Assembly: GCA_041583775.1 (NCBI GenBank)
Contig: JBFHFF010000009.1
Span: 1-53,311, forward strand
Length of the DNA: 53,311 nt
Source: Candidatus Moraniibacteriota bacterium
Lineage (GTDB): Bacteria > Patescibacteriota > Minisyncoccia > Moranbacterales > DUUL01
Direction: 5' to 3'
Of the stretch, positions 1 through 10,075 are shown piece after piece (positions within the stretch are counted from its first letter, which is position 1; each line of letters opens with the position of its first letter). The notes beneath the pieces were generated by a model that searched no databases, was not told where the DNA came from, and saw nothing but the letters and a program-made list of their open reading frames with translations. Position numbers and translations under genes: made by a program.

Positions 1-1978
1 AAGTGCTACCAATGAGATTGTTTTTCTCACCCTCAAATGCGGTGTAGAAATGTTCTTGTCCAGAATAGAATCTGTACACAGGAACAGAGCCAGCTTCCTG
101 AGTCTTTAATGCGCGGAAAACGGCTCTTTCAGCTCTCCAGATACTGCTATTAAAAACTAGGCCGTCTTTTTCTCCTTCACTTATCGTAATAAAGTGAGAA
201 TTACTCGTACTGTTGTAAAATCTGTAAACAGGATAGTGGTTTCCGATAGGATCAGCTGAGAGAAACTTAGTGTAGCCTATCTGAGGGTTATTCCCCGTAG
301 GACTGTTTATAGCATAGAAAAAGAGTTGATGAGCAATTCCATCTTTAACACCTCCCGGAACATTCCAGAAGAAAGCGTGCTGGTCAACATCCACTCGATA
401 GTCATCGGCGGGAAAACTTTCCACAAATTGTGAATTATTTCCATAGATGTCTGTTTTGTAGACATGAACATCGGTGGGGTCATATGAATCATCATCTTTT
501 GCCCAGCCATTAATTTGACTACTTGTAACAGAATCAATATGACCGTAAGGATCCTTATTTGGCTTCACAACAGTAAAGACTGCTTCAGTAGAGCAGTTGT
601 TTGATTTGTGTTCTTCTGGAACATCTCCATCACCATTGTCTTGATCTTTTGTGCGATCAGCACAGGCCACGATATTGTATACTCCTGGCTCAAGATGATA
701 TTCCCAAAGTTTGAGACCCTCTTCTTCGTGTTTAGGAGGATCGCTAATTTGGATATTTTCCTTCTTGATATTGTCTGTGCCTACATGTTTCCACTCATCA
801 TGAGCATCCTCCTTGTAGCCCTTTGATAAGTAGAAGCGAACTTCCATATCGTCGTGGTCTCCGGCCCAATTAGCTTCGCCGATGTTATCAAACCAAGCAT
901 GCATTTTGACTTCATCGATTGTCTCATATTGGTATTGCTCGACACCTGATGGTGTCTGGAGTTGGAGTTCGGTAACGATGAAATCTGGTTTGCCTGGATC
1001 TGGTGGTTCGGTGGGATTTGAAGAATACCCATAACCAGTTGCATCACTTGCAACAACTCCATCTCCGGCAATAACAATGGCAGGACCAGAATTGTCTGCA
1101 GGAATTTCAATTTCCCGGATTACAGCGTAGTTCATAATATCATCAGCACTTGCGCCAGGACCAAAAATGCTTATAAGAGACCTCCACCAGGATTGCCAGA
1201 AGTGTTCTTCTGGAACTTCTTGGGTTGAATTTGTGGCTTGAGAAATATAGTATACTTCTTCATAAAGCTGGTCACAAATGTCGCTAGCCTGAAGATAGGG
1301 TGGTTTTTTAAGGTCAAACCATCTATCAGCCTCAGAACATTCTCTGCTGGATGGTTCCCAACAGATGTCACCTACACACTTGGCGGTAACTTTTTCAGGA
1401 GTATTGAACGGGGAGTTGTTTTGAATGAAGTCGACTGGGTTGATGAAACCATTGTCACTCCCGTATCCATATCCAGACCAACGATTATTGTCGTCATTAA
1501 AAGGAGATCTTATTCCAAAATGAAGATGCACAGTTCCTTTTCTGTAAGGTCCTATTTCGGCGATCTTCTGATCCTTTGTTACAGTTGAACCGACGGAAAT
1601 GTTTTTTATATGTGCGTATATTGCAGTAAATTTTTCTCCGTTGGCTAACCTATGTTCAATAATCAAAGCACCACCATCAATACAATTGTAGCTATCATCG
1701 TATCCACCGTAACAAGCCACATCCATTCTATTGTGTAAAACGACACCATCAGCAATTGCATAAACGTTATCACCTTCATCAGCTCTAATATCTTGAGCAA
1801 GATGAACGCCTCCAGGAAATGCGGTATTTGTTCCATGCCACCCCAGAAGCAAATCAGTGCTTTCTGTAGGCCAGCAAAATCCGTTTGGCATTGTTCCTCC
1901 CGGACATTCTGCCAGACAATTAGTAGATAAAAAAAATGTGAACGCAACAATCAAAGAATGAATTGTCAGACGAGACAT
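1..1978 (-). CDS. Secreted M23 metallopeptidase with CARDB/Ig-like domains and C-terminal 'VYRFY..HF.T' (DUF5648-like) repeats; 3'-truncated by the window edge (>659 aa)
   Basis: Hand translation from ATG 1978 is open to the edge. Signal peptide MSRLTIHSLIVAFTFFLSTNCLA; M23 motifs HLAQD, YAHI and HLHFGI; CARDB-like PDFIVTEL...SNNCS; GHID..INGWAKD domain; repeats YPVYRFYNSTSNSHFITISEGEK and VPVYRFYSGQEHFYTAFEGEK. GGAGGT SD lies upstream. Missing from the ORF track because there is no stop codon in the window. Confidence 0.88.
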   Translation of the reverse strand, partial: MSRLTIHSLIVAFTFFLSTNCLAECPGGTMPNGFCWPTESTDLLLGWHGTNTAFPGGVHLAQDIRADEGDNVYAIADGVVLHNRMDVACYGGYDDSYNCIDGGALIIEHRLANGEKFTAIYAHIKNISVGSTVTKDQKIAEIGPYRKGTVHLHFGIRSPFNDDNNRWSGYGYGSDNGFINPVDFIQNNSPFNTPEKVTAKCVGDICWEPSSRECSEADRWFDLKKPPYLQASDICDQLYEEVYYISQATNSTQEVPEEHFWQSWWRSLISIFGPGASADDIMNYAVIREIEIPADNSGPAIVIAGDGVVASDATGYGYSSNPTEPPDPGKPDFIVTELQLQTPSGVEQYQYETIDEVKMHAWFDNIGEANWAGDHDDMEVRFYLSKGYKEDAHDEWKHVGTDNIKKENIQISDPPKHEEEGLKLWEYHLEPGVYNIVACADRTKDQDNGDGDVPEEHKSNNCSTEAVFTVVKPNKDPYGHIDSVTSSQINGWAKDDDSYDPTDVHVYKTDIYGNNSQFVESFPADDYRVDVDQHAFFWNVPGGVKDGIAHQLFFYAINSPTGNNPQIGYTKFLSADPIGNHYPVYRFYNSTSNSHFITISEGEKDGLVFNSSIWRAERAVFRALKTQEAGSVPVYRFYSGQEHFYTAFEGEKNNLIGST

Positions 1979-2089
1979 ATTACACCTCCACTTCTTGAGT
2001 TAAGTTTTCAAAGCAACAAAATATGCGATCCCTATGACCGCACAAAGAATATTTTATTTTTTAAAACATTCTTTGTGCGGTCATTTCTC

Positions 2090-2707
2090 TTAATTTACGA
2101 AAATAAGATTCTTTATCATTTTATTGAAAATTGGATTCAACTGGTTCTTTTTACATAAAGCACTTTCTTTTTTAGTAATTTCGACGTTATTTAGATCAGT
2201 TGCTGGACGAAAACTTCCGATATAAAATTTCTTTTGGTTATCGTTTTTTATTACTGAGACGTAGCATCCAGAAAACATTGTATCCATCCACTGAGTTTTT
2301 AAATTAAAATCAACACCCTTAAGTCTATCAGGAACCATTGCTATAGAAATTGTTTCTGAGTTTTTGATATCTTTATTGTAAAAAGAAAAACCAATAACAT
2401 CACATTTTTCTGGTGTTTTTTCACAATCGATTGCACAGTCAGAAAGACCCAGGCAGGCGGATTTAAATTCCTTTACTTCCCAGGCACTTGGATGTTTAAT
2501 TTCAAATCCCAGTTCCTCATTCCGATAAGTCTGCCAATCGCTCGTATCAATTTCCTCTGTATTAATAGGTGTAGCTTCTTGTTTATTTTCTACCTTAGCT
2601 AAAGGTTTTTCAGTAGTGGTTATTTTTTGATTTTTCACATACCAAAAAACACCCAATGCCAAAACAACGAGTAAGAAAGAAACTGATAGAATTATTGACT
2701 TTTTCAT
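2090..2707 (-). CDS. Membrane-anchored extracytoplasmic protein with a 'DWQTYRNEELGFEIKHP' PsbP-like motif
   Basis: N-terminal TM helix, low-complexity linker, WxTYxNxxxGFxIxxP motif typical of CPR surface proteins, several Cys. Confidence 0.7.
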   Translation of the reverse strand: MKKSIILSVSFLLVVLALGVFWYVKNQKITTTEKPLAKVENKQEATPINTEEIDTSDWQTYRNEELGFEIKHPSAWEVKEFKSACLGLSDCAIDCEKTPEKCDVIGFSFYNKDIKNSETISIAMVPDRLKGVDFNLKTQWMDTMFSGCYVSVIKNDNQKKFYIGSFRPATDLNNVEITKKESALCKKNQLNPIFNKMIKNLIFVN

Positions 2708-2738
2708 CTTTCAAATAAAATTATTATTTATTAAGTTA

Positions 2739-2768
2739 AAATTAGCACACAAATACAGGGGATGTCAA
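2739..2768 (-). promoter_or_regulatory. Candidate sigma70 promoter for 2090..2707
   Basis: Minus strand TTGACA-N18-TAATTT with TGn extension. Confidence 0.45.
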
Positions 2769-3017
2769 TGTTTTTTACACCAATCTCTGATTTAAATTCC
2801 ACCATAAACCTATTCAAATGTCAGTTTTTGTTTTAAATAAATGAAACTGTATTCATAAGTAACATACCATGATATGTTGCTTTGAATAGCTGGTAATAGT
2901 GGATTTATTAAATCCTAAATTCGAAATCGAAACGTTTTACTGAAGATGACTTTTTTTTGAAAATATTCTATAATTAATTCGTATTAATAAACATAATTAA
3001 ATAGCAAAAAATAAACA

Positions 3018-4232
3018 ATGAAAAATAAAAAGGTGCTGATAGCAGCAGCGGTTGTTGTTGTTATGATTTTAATCATTCTCAGTTTTTTCAAAAAAGATAC
3101 AACTCCCATTGAGTTGAAACCTTCTGAAGAAAAGATTGCCGAAAACATAGAAACCGTTCCCTACACCACCCCTGAAAATGCTTCAAAAATAACAGGGCTT
3201 GCTTGTGATAACTATCAAAAAAGAGCTTTCGCGGTTATGTATTCTGGAGACCCTGACGCAAGAGAATATTTCTCAAATCTTTCGCAAGCAGACCTTGTGC
3301 TCGAAATGCCTCATCGTGCAGTTCATGGAGATCCTCGTTTGATGGGAATTTTTCAATGCAATTCACCTGAAATTGTTGGGCCAATGCGCTCTGGAAGAGT
3401 CGATAATATCTCGGTCGCTGGTTCTTTTGATGCAATTTTTGTTCCTTGGGGAGGTTCCAGTATCGCAAAAGCATTATTAAAAAAAGATGTGATTGACCAC
3501 ATCGATTGTAACGGAGAGGTTGCTCCTTCTGGTGGAGATGCTTGTTTTCGAAGAACTGGGCCAATGAGCCAGATGAACAAGGCTTCTACTAATATTTTAG
3601 GACTAATAGGAGTTGCTGAAAAAGTTGGTTACCGAAAAGAATCAAACTTAAAGGGTTATCTTCACCAGGGAGATCTTCCTGTAAATGAGCGTCCTGAATA
3701 CGCAAAAATAAGTGTTGATTTTAAAAGCACCAAAAGCATTAACCCTACCTATCTATACGATTCAGAAACAAATTCATACCTTCGCTCATTAAGAGGAGGG
3801 GCTGATATCGATTATGCAACTGGAAAACAATATGCACCAAAAAACATAATTACCATTACTACAAAAAAAGAACCTTGGCTACTTGATAGAAACTATGTAT
3901 CTGAAGGAGTTCAAGATCCTTGGGATGGAGTAGATGACACACATAGTCTTAACGATAGTGGGGGTTATCCAAATATGCAACTTGGAGACCCTTGGTTTGA
4001 CACAAAATTCGAAGGTGATGCAACTTTCTTTTTCAATGGTGACAAAATCGATGGGAGTTGGAAAAGAATTAAGGGTCTAGCAAATCAATTCCAATTCTTT
4101 GATAAAAATGGAAATGAAATTCGATTTGTTCCAGGTCAAATTTGGATGCATGTTCTCGGCGATGGTCAAGAAGTTGCCTATGAAAATAATGCCGCTAAAG
4201 CAACTAGCGAAACACTAAGTCAAGGAGAATAG
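3018..4232 (+). CDS. DUF3048 / YerB-like exported protein
   Basis: N-terminal TM; motifs LSQADLVLE, VGPMRSGR, YLYDSETNSYLR, GQIW. Confidence 0.8.
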   Translation: MKNKKVLIAAAVVVVMILIILSFFKKDTTPIELKPSEEKIAENIETVPYTTPENASKITGLACDNYQKRAFAVMYSGDPDAREYFSNLSQADLVLEMPHRAVHGDPRLMGIFQCNSPEIVGPMRSGRVDNISVAGSFDAIFVPWGGSSIAKALLKKDVIDHIDCNGEVAPSGGDACFRRTGPMSQMNKASTNILGLIGVAEKVGYRKESNLKGYLHQGDLPVNERPEYAKISVDFKSTKSINPTYLYDSETNSYLRSLRGGADIDYATGKQYAPKNIITITTKKEPWLLDRNYVSEGVQDPWDGVDDTHSLNDSGGYPNMQLGDPWFDTKFEGDATFFFNGDKIDGSWKRIKGLANQFQFFDKNGNEIRFVPGQIWMHVLGDGQEVAYENNAAKATSETLSQGE

Positions 4233-4252
4233 TTTTCTTTGCTAACTAAAAT

Positions 4253-4283
4253 AAAAACCACTAGCGTTAACTGGTGGTTTTTT
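4253..4283. terminator. Bidirectional intrinsic terminator
   Basis: AAAAACCACTAG-CGTTAA-CTGGTGGTTTTTT between convergent genes. Confidence 0.8.
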
Positions 4284-4329
4284 AAACTAAAAAAGCCTTC
4301 CTTAAAATCAATTTCAAATTAAAAATCAG

Positions 4330-5616
4330 CTATCTCAAAAAATCTCTCACAAAAAGAATAAACCTCACTCTCAAATTTTTATTCTCCTCTATCAAATCAA
4401 TATCAAGGGCATTGGCACCTTCTTTTAATTTTATCTCTTGAGAAAAATATCCTGGAGCAGAAACCTTCAAATAGGTATCTCTTTGATCTCCTACAAATTT
4501 AAGTTCGTAATATCCATCATTGTTAGTGATTATTTTTTGATTTCCATATTCAACACTGACGCCCTCAATTAATTCACCAATTTCGTTATATATAGAACCA
4601 TAAACAACATTAACTTTGTAATATTTACTAAGAGTCTCCACTGCCTCTTTGGGTTTTCCGTTCTCTTTCCAAATTTCAGTGCTTCCCCCCACATTCAACC
4701 AATAACTAGCTCCGACGAGAGCTTTGTTCCCTTGCAAACCACCTAAGAGTTTATCTATCCATTCTGCTTGTTGCTTTTCGCTCATTTCGCCATGGATATC
4801 TGGAATCGGCGCTCCAAACTCTCCCAAGATTACTTTCCCACCACTTTTTTGGGCTAAAAAATCAACATCTTCTATCAATTTTTCTGGCGTATCAACATAA
4901 TGATCAATAGTTACAACTCCACCAAGAGCTGTTGTAGTGCTCTTATCCATAATCATTTTAGCAACATCACCGTTCATCGAGAAAAGATTTGTTTGAACTT
5001 TTTTATCTATTTTTTCAAAAGATGCATTCATCAAATCATATTCATCTATTAAAAATCTTCGATATCCCTCAGTGTCTCCTGTTTGTCTTGGATCACCATC
5101 TCCGCCATTTTCACATTCTGGACAAGACGAAAACGCATCCCCATCTTCAAAAATATCAGCATTTTTTACAATAAACTCCTCTGTCTTGCTTAAATGTTCT
5201 TCCCTAGTAATTTTTGGATACTCAAACCATCCCTCCCAACCAGACCAATTTCCTCTAAACCAAACCTTTAAATTATGGTTACGAGATATTTCCACCCAAC
5301 GCCTAAGCATTGGCAAAAACTCTTCATCATAGGGCGTTGCAATCGCAATATGAGTTGCACCTGTTTGTGCAATGTTTTTTACTTGCTCTTCGATTGTTTT
5401 GTCGAAAGTGCTGTCGTTTAACTTTTCACGACTTAGATCACGAGAATACTTCATTGTATCAATGGCCTGAAATTCAAAAGAATTACGAGATGGCTCGGGA
5501 TAATAAACTCTTTTTTGTGCTTCCCATAGATCTTTTTCAAAATACAAAAAAGAAGGGACTATAAAAATCAATCCTAACAAAAAAATACTTAGAAATAATA
5601 CCCCTATTTTTCTCAT
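4330..5616 (-). CDS. Exported clan GH-A-like glycoside hydrolase with C-terminal carboxypeptidase-regulatory-like beta domain
   Basis: N-terminal TM; TIM-barrel-like motifs WFRGNW, CPECENG (acid/base?), DHY, LGEFG (nucleophile?); C-terminal TNNDGYY..VSAPGY; last gene of the glycan operon. Confidence 0.6.
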   Translation of the reverse strand: MRKIGVLFLSIFLLGLIFIVPSFLYFEKDLWEAQKRVYYPEPSRNSFEFQAIDTMKYSRDLSREKLNDSTFDKTIEEQVKNIAQTGATHIAIATPYDEEFLPMLRRWVEISRNHNLKVWFRGNWSGWEGWFEYPKITREEHLSKTEEFIVKNADIFEDGDAFSSCPECENGGDGDPRQTGDTEGYRRFLIDEYDLMNASFEKIDKKVQTNLFSMNGDVAKMIMDKSTTTALGGVVTIDHYVDTPEKLIEDVDFLAQKSGGKVILGEFGAPIPDIHGEMSEKQQAEWIDKLLGGLQGNKALVGASYWLNVGGSTEIWKENGKPKEAVETLSKYYKVNVVYGSIYNEIGELIEGVSVEYGNQKIITNNDGYYELKFVGDQRDTYLKVSAPGYFSQEIKLKEGANALDIDLIEENKNLRVRFILFVRDFLR

Positions 5617-5648
5617 AACAAAAATTAATTTAAAAACTCACTAACACC

Positions 5649-7277
5649 TTATTGTTTGTTTTGGTTTTTATCAAAGACAGCTTCTGTATTTAGATTCTCT
5701 AGATACTCTGGCTTCAATTCATAGATATCAGCAAAAGGATAGTGGTCAATTAGATTATACATCTTAAATCCAGGTTTGTCTTTTATTTCTCTCCAAGTTG
5801 AATCGTCGTCGGAATAACTCCTAACCACAATCCATCGCGCCCATAAATCAGGATTCTCTATCGCAACCTTATAATATTTGCCTGCACCCTCATGAATAAA
5901 CTTCTTCATAGGCAATCCAGAAGAAAAAATAATTGAATCATGAGACGCCACGGAAATTAGAATGAATCCTTTTTTGTCAGCCGTATTCTCCTTCAACCAC
6001 TCACTAACCTCCTTAACATTCTTCTGACTAGAACCAACTCTCGCATCATCAATTGTCACAGCATCACCACTTGTAAAAGAGAAAAATGTAACAAACAATA
6101 GAAGTCCTATCAAAGTCGCTCGCAAAGGTTTGAATTTTCCCACTAGATATCCCACAAAAATAGCGATTGACGGTACCATCATAACTCCATAACGAACATT
6201 AAACCAGGTATCACCAGAAATTCCCTGAATAAATAATACTGAATGCCCGAGATAAAGCGCCAAAACATTAAACAAAAGTGGTGCTATTAATGCTACTGTT
6301 GCAAAACGAATATTTTTTGGTATTTTCTTGTCCATCCATAAAACCACAGCTCCAATCAAACCAAGGAACATTGTAAAAGCTCCTGTATTATAAGCAAGCG
6401 CATAAATATACATTTTAAAAGAAAGTAACCAATTACCTTTTGTTGGCAAAGCTCCCGCACTATTCAATTGATCTTGTTGTGTATGTGCTGAATATGGACC
6501 AAAAGCAAAATAGAGCGGATCCTTAAAGATAGCAGCATTCCAAATAAGCCACAAAAAGACACCAAATCCTCCTAGTGTGCAAAACAAAACAAACATCCCT
6601 TCTGCTCTTTTGTAGTTATATTTTTTGAATAAATAAATGCCAATCATCAGAGAGACTAAAAACAACAAAAACCAAGCATCATAACGAACCAGAGTGCCCA
6701 GCATTATAAAAAATGCTGAATATAAAAGATAAAGCAATTTTTCCGTCTTGAACCAGCGCAACAAGAGATATGCACCAGCCGTCATAGTCGCTAAAAGCAT
6801 AAGTTCGGTCATTGCAGTTGCCTGAAGATAAAGAATATTTATATTTGCAACAAACAAAAACACTCCCAACAAACGACCAATCATTCCAATTCCCAATTCT
6901 TTTATGAAAAGATAAATCAATATCCCAGTAACAACAAAGGCTATCATTGATTGAATTGCTCCTGCTAGCCCAGAATGCCACATAAAATCATTCCAAACAG
7001 TCAAGGTCATTAAAAGATGCGTAAGTGGCAACCAAACACTCCCCAATTGAGCAAATCCCGTGTTTAAGCCCTCCACTACCCTCCTTCCGATATCCAAATG
7101 CGATCGCGCATCATTGTATGCCAAACCCAATCCATTGTTGAGGTAGAAAACAAAAGATGCAATGGAGATTAGGGATAAAACAATAATAAGAATTGTTATA
7201 TCCCATCTTTTCAGAAACTGCCTACTTTTTTTAATATATTTTTCAAATATTAAAAATTGTATAATATTGTTTTTCAT
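5649..7277 (-). CDS. Multi-pass GT-C fold glycosyltransferase (PMT_2/ArnT-like)
   Basis: Many TM helices; first loop YNDARSHLDIGRR; WLPL, MTE and RYDAW motifs; C-terminal soluble domain; ATGA overlap with the upstream gene. Confidence 0.7.
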   Translation of the reverse strand: MKNNIIQFLIFEKYIKKSRQFLKRWDITILIIVLSLISIASFVFYLNNGLGLAYNDARSHLDIGRRVVEGLNTGFAQLGSVWLPLTHLLMTLTVWNDFMWHSGLAGAIQSMIAFVVTGILIYLFIKELGIGMIGRLLGVFLFVANINILYLQATAMTELMLLATMTAGAYLLLRWFKTEKLLYLLYSAFFIMLGTLVRYDAWFLLFLVSLMIGIYLFKKYNYKRAEGMFVLFCTLGGFGVFLWLIWNAAIFKDPLYFAFGPYSAHTQQDQLNSAGALPTKGNWLLSFKMYIYALAYNTGAFTMFLGLIGAVVLWMDKKIPKNIRFATVALIAPLLFNVLALYLGHSVLFIQGISGDTWFNVRYGVMMVPSIAIFVGYLVGKFKPLRATLIGLLLFVTFFSFTSGDAVTIDDARVGSSQKNVKEVSEWLKENTADKKGFILISVASHDSIIFSSGLPMKKFIHEGAGKYYKVAIENPDLWARWIVVRSYSDDDSTWREIKDKPGFKMYNLIDHYPFADIYELKPEYLENLNTEAVFDKNQNKQ

Positions 7278-8869
7278 AAGCGTTGTTTTTTAGATATTTC
7301 ACTTCTACCATAAAACCAATGTCTAACGATGAGAAAGCCACCAACAAAAAGAATCAATCCGCTAACTAAGTTATAATATTGATAAGCATTTATATATTTG
7401 CTAACAAGAACCTTATAAACAAAAGATTTGGAACCAATTTCTTTTATATAATCCCTACTTCGCTCGAAATCATACTTTTGAATTGTGCCAGACAATTCTT
7501 CTAATGCCAACACTTCGGCTTTTGGAGGAATAGCGCTTGTTCCAAGTGCTCCAAGTGTATTAATTCTAACGGAATATACAAAAACCATAAAAAATAAAAG
7601 TAGGAAAATAAAACTTCCTCTCCATTTTGTTAAGGCTATAGCGATTCCTATGCTAAGCAATGCATAACTTGGAATCAAATAGCGTGAACCAAAAGCCCAT
7701 CCGCCCCACGGATCACCCCACATTGAATAAAGCAAAACATTCATTCCGACACTAGCAATCAAAACAGTTGAGATGCTTTGATATTTTTTAAAAATAATAA
7801 TAAGCCCCAAAACACCAAACAAAACAACAGGGGTAAACCAGAGAATCCCTCTATCTCTACTTACAAAATGAACATAAAATCCATTGAACATATTCCTTGT
7901 TTCAAAAAATCCAATACTCGTTTTTTCTTCTGATTCTTTTTCTATCTTGCCATCTTTATCAAGAGGAATGTTTACTAATGAGCTACCTTTAACACTATTA
8001 CTCTCATCAGACAAAGAGAGTACTCTTTCTAAAGTTCCGGCAAGCTGAAAAGGACTACCATTAGAACTCTTGTTAAACCAGCCAAAAAATATTAATGGGG
8101 GGAGCATAGCAAGAAAGGTGAATATATAAAATGGCTTTATAATAAATTTTAAACCGTTTTCCTCTTTTTTGATATAAAATATTCTTCCAAGGGCAAAAAG
8201 TCCTATTGGCAATAAAAAGAAAAAATTTGGATTATCAATGACAATGGAAGCTGCACACATAAACCAAATGGCTGAGAGAGACCACCAATTATTCCAATTA
8301 AGAACTAGGTATATACAAAAAAGAAGTGTAAATACAGAAAAATGGTGTTGAGACAATGAAACTGCATAAGTAAATGCTGGTGTTGCGAAAAGAAAAGACA
8401 ACGCACCCAAAGTTGCTGGTATAGTTTGGGCTCCTACTTTTTTTGCTATCAAATAAATAAGAAGCGCATTTAATAAGGCAAAAAGTGCTACTACTGCAAA
8501 TGCTCCAAGCTGAGAAACATTGAAGTATTTCCCAACAATATACCCTGGTATAATCAAAAAGGATACTCCTGGCGCAAACAAGGAGGCATACCTTCCATCC
8601 TCTGTTATTGCTAAATCGGGAGCAGCAAAATTAGCTACGGGAATAGAAAAGTTAAGAGATTTGTCCTCGACAAAAGAAAATGTCAATGCAAACCTACCTC
8701 GATCATTGGATGATTCAAAGGGACCATTCCCCTGCCAGTTCAATGTAAAAAAATCATCTTTTCCGAAATTGCCCGGATTTCCCCTTAGACCAACAGCTAA
8801 AACAAAAACAAAGAAAATTGTTATTAAAATTGCATAGACTGTTTTTTTTCTTATCTTAATAAAATTCAT
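7274..8869 (-). CDS. Multi-pass membrane protein, probable GT-C glycosyltransferase
   Basis: Many TM helices; RGILWFTP and WGGWAFGSRYLIP motifs; operon context. Confidence 0.6.
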   Translation of the reverse strand: MNFIKIRKKTVYAILITIFFVFVLAVGLRGNPGNFGKDDFFTLNWQGNGPFESSNDRGRFALTFSFVEDKSLNFSIPVANFAAPDLAITEDGRYASLFAPGVSFLIIPGYIVGKYFNVSQLGAFAVVALFALLNALLIYLIAKKVGAQTIPATLGALSFLFATPAFTYAVSLSQHHFSVFTLLFCIYLVLNWNNWWSLSAIWFMCAASIVIDNPNFFFLLPIGLFALGRIFYIKKEENGLKFIIKPFYIFTFLAMLPPLIFFGWFNKSSNGSPFQLAGTLERVLSLSDESNSVKGSSLVNIPLDKDGKIEKESEEKTSIGFFETRNMFNGFYVHFVSRDRGILWFTPVVLFGVLGLIIIFKKYQSISTVLIASVGMNVLLYSMWGDPWGGWAFGSRYLIPSYALLSIGIAIALTKWRGSFIFLLLFFMVFVYSVRINTLGALGTSAIPPKAEVLALEELSGTIQKYDFERSRDYIKEIGSKSFVYKVLVSKYINAYQYYNLVSGLILFVGGFLIVRHWFYGRSEISKKQRL

Positions 8870-10048
8870 TTATTTATTGTCAAATTTTTCATTATAAAAC
8901 GACTCCACTCGAGAAGCAATTGCATCCCAGGAATGACCCTTTGTAAATTTAAAATTCTCTTCTTCCATTTTTTTAATCTCCTGACTTCCTCTCATTTTAA
9001 AAATATATGCCACTTTTTCTGCCAATGCATGCTCATCATCCACTCCAACACAGAACCCATTAATACCATCTTTAATCAACTCTTCAAGTGCAGTTTTTTC
9101 CGAAACTATGCATACTCTTTTTTGGCTCATGTACTCGTGTACCGCATTACAATAACTTTCCCATCGAGCCATATGAACACCTAACAATGCCTTGTTAAGA
9201 AGATAATACTTATCGAAACCAGTAACAACTCCCAGAAAATGAACTCTTTTTTCTAAATTGAGATCCTTTATCGTTTCCTTTAATTCTTTTTCATAAGCAA
9301 AATCAGTAACTGGTCCAATCATAACAAAACTTATTTCCTCAGGCAGTTCTTTAAGTGCTTTAATTGCAACTTTTTGATTTTTTATTGGATGTATTCTTCC
9401 GATTTGAATCATATATGTACCCAGTGAATCAACTGTTTTTTTGGCCTTTTCACTAGCACATTCGTCTATATTCGCAAGAACTTCTTTCTCAAGACCGTTT
9501 TGAATTGTTTCAACCAATTCAGGCTTAACGCCCAATTTAATTGTCTTATCTCGTTCCCATTCCGAAACAGACCTTAGTCCATCAACGAGATTATTAACAA
9601 AAAAAACACCTATCGTATTATGATAAAATTTCTTTATAACCCTTTGCCAAAAAGGAAAAATGGGCCACTCTGGAGTAAAGCCACCATGCGGAGTAAGAAA
9701 TAATTTGATTTCACTCTTTTTAATAAATCTCAAAATAGCAATCTTCACAAACAACCAGCTATGTGGAAAAATATCAAAATTATGAAGACACAAAGCTTTG
9801 GTTTCACCCCATTTTATATCTGGAACAAAACCATACCAATGCCATTTATATCTACATACATGAAGTCCGTTTATTTCCTCTCTTTCACTCAAAGAATCTG
9901 GAGCATCTGGCATATCAGTGGTTGTGTGAACATACACATCCCACCCGTTTCTAGCGAAATAACTATAAACATTCATCACATTAACTTCTATTCCTGCAGC
10001 TAATGGAAAAAAATACTTAACTACAACATCTAGTCTTTTTTTGTTCAT
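8870..10048 (-). CDS. GT4 family glycosyltransferase
   Basis: GIEV N-terminal loop, TPHG, IGRIHPIKN, ESYCNAVHEYM (E-x7-E). Confidence 0.88.
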   Translation of the reverse strand: MNKKRLDVVVKYFFPLAAGIEVNVMNVYSYFARNGWDVYVHTTTDMPDAPDSLSEREEINGLHVCRYKWHWYGFVPDIKWGETKALCLHNFDIFPHSWLFVKIAILRFIKKSEIKLFLTPHGGFTPEWPIFPFWQRVIKKFYHNTIGVFFVNNLVDGLRSVSEWERDKTIKLGVKPELVETIQNGLEKEVLANIDECASEKAKKTVDSLGTYMIQIGRIHPIKNQKVAIKALKELPEEISFVMIGPVTDFAYEKELKETIKDLNLEKRVHFLGVVTGFDKYYLLNKALLGVHMARWESYCNAVHEYMSQKRVCIVSEKTALEELIKDGINGFCVGVDDEHALAEKVAYIFKMRGSQEIKKMEEENFKFTKGHSWDAIASRVESFYNEKFDNK

Positions 10049-10075
10049 ATGTTTTTTCTGAAAAATTATACTTAT

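Noticed and set aside
307-1950. Short ORFs 307-537, 608-826, 781-1110, 1171-1371, 1238-1588 and 1663-1950, suggesting a pseudogene or recoded gene
   Set aside because: They are off-frame or antisense shadows of one continuous minus-strand ORF starting at 1978
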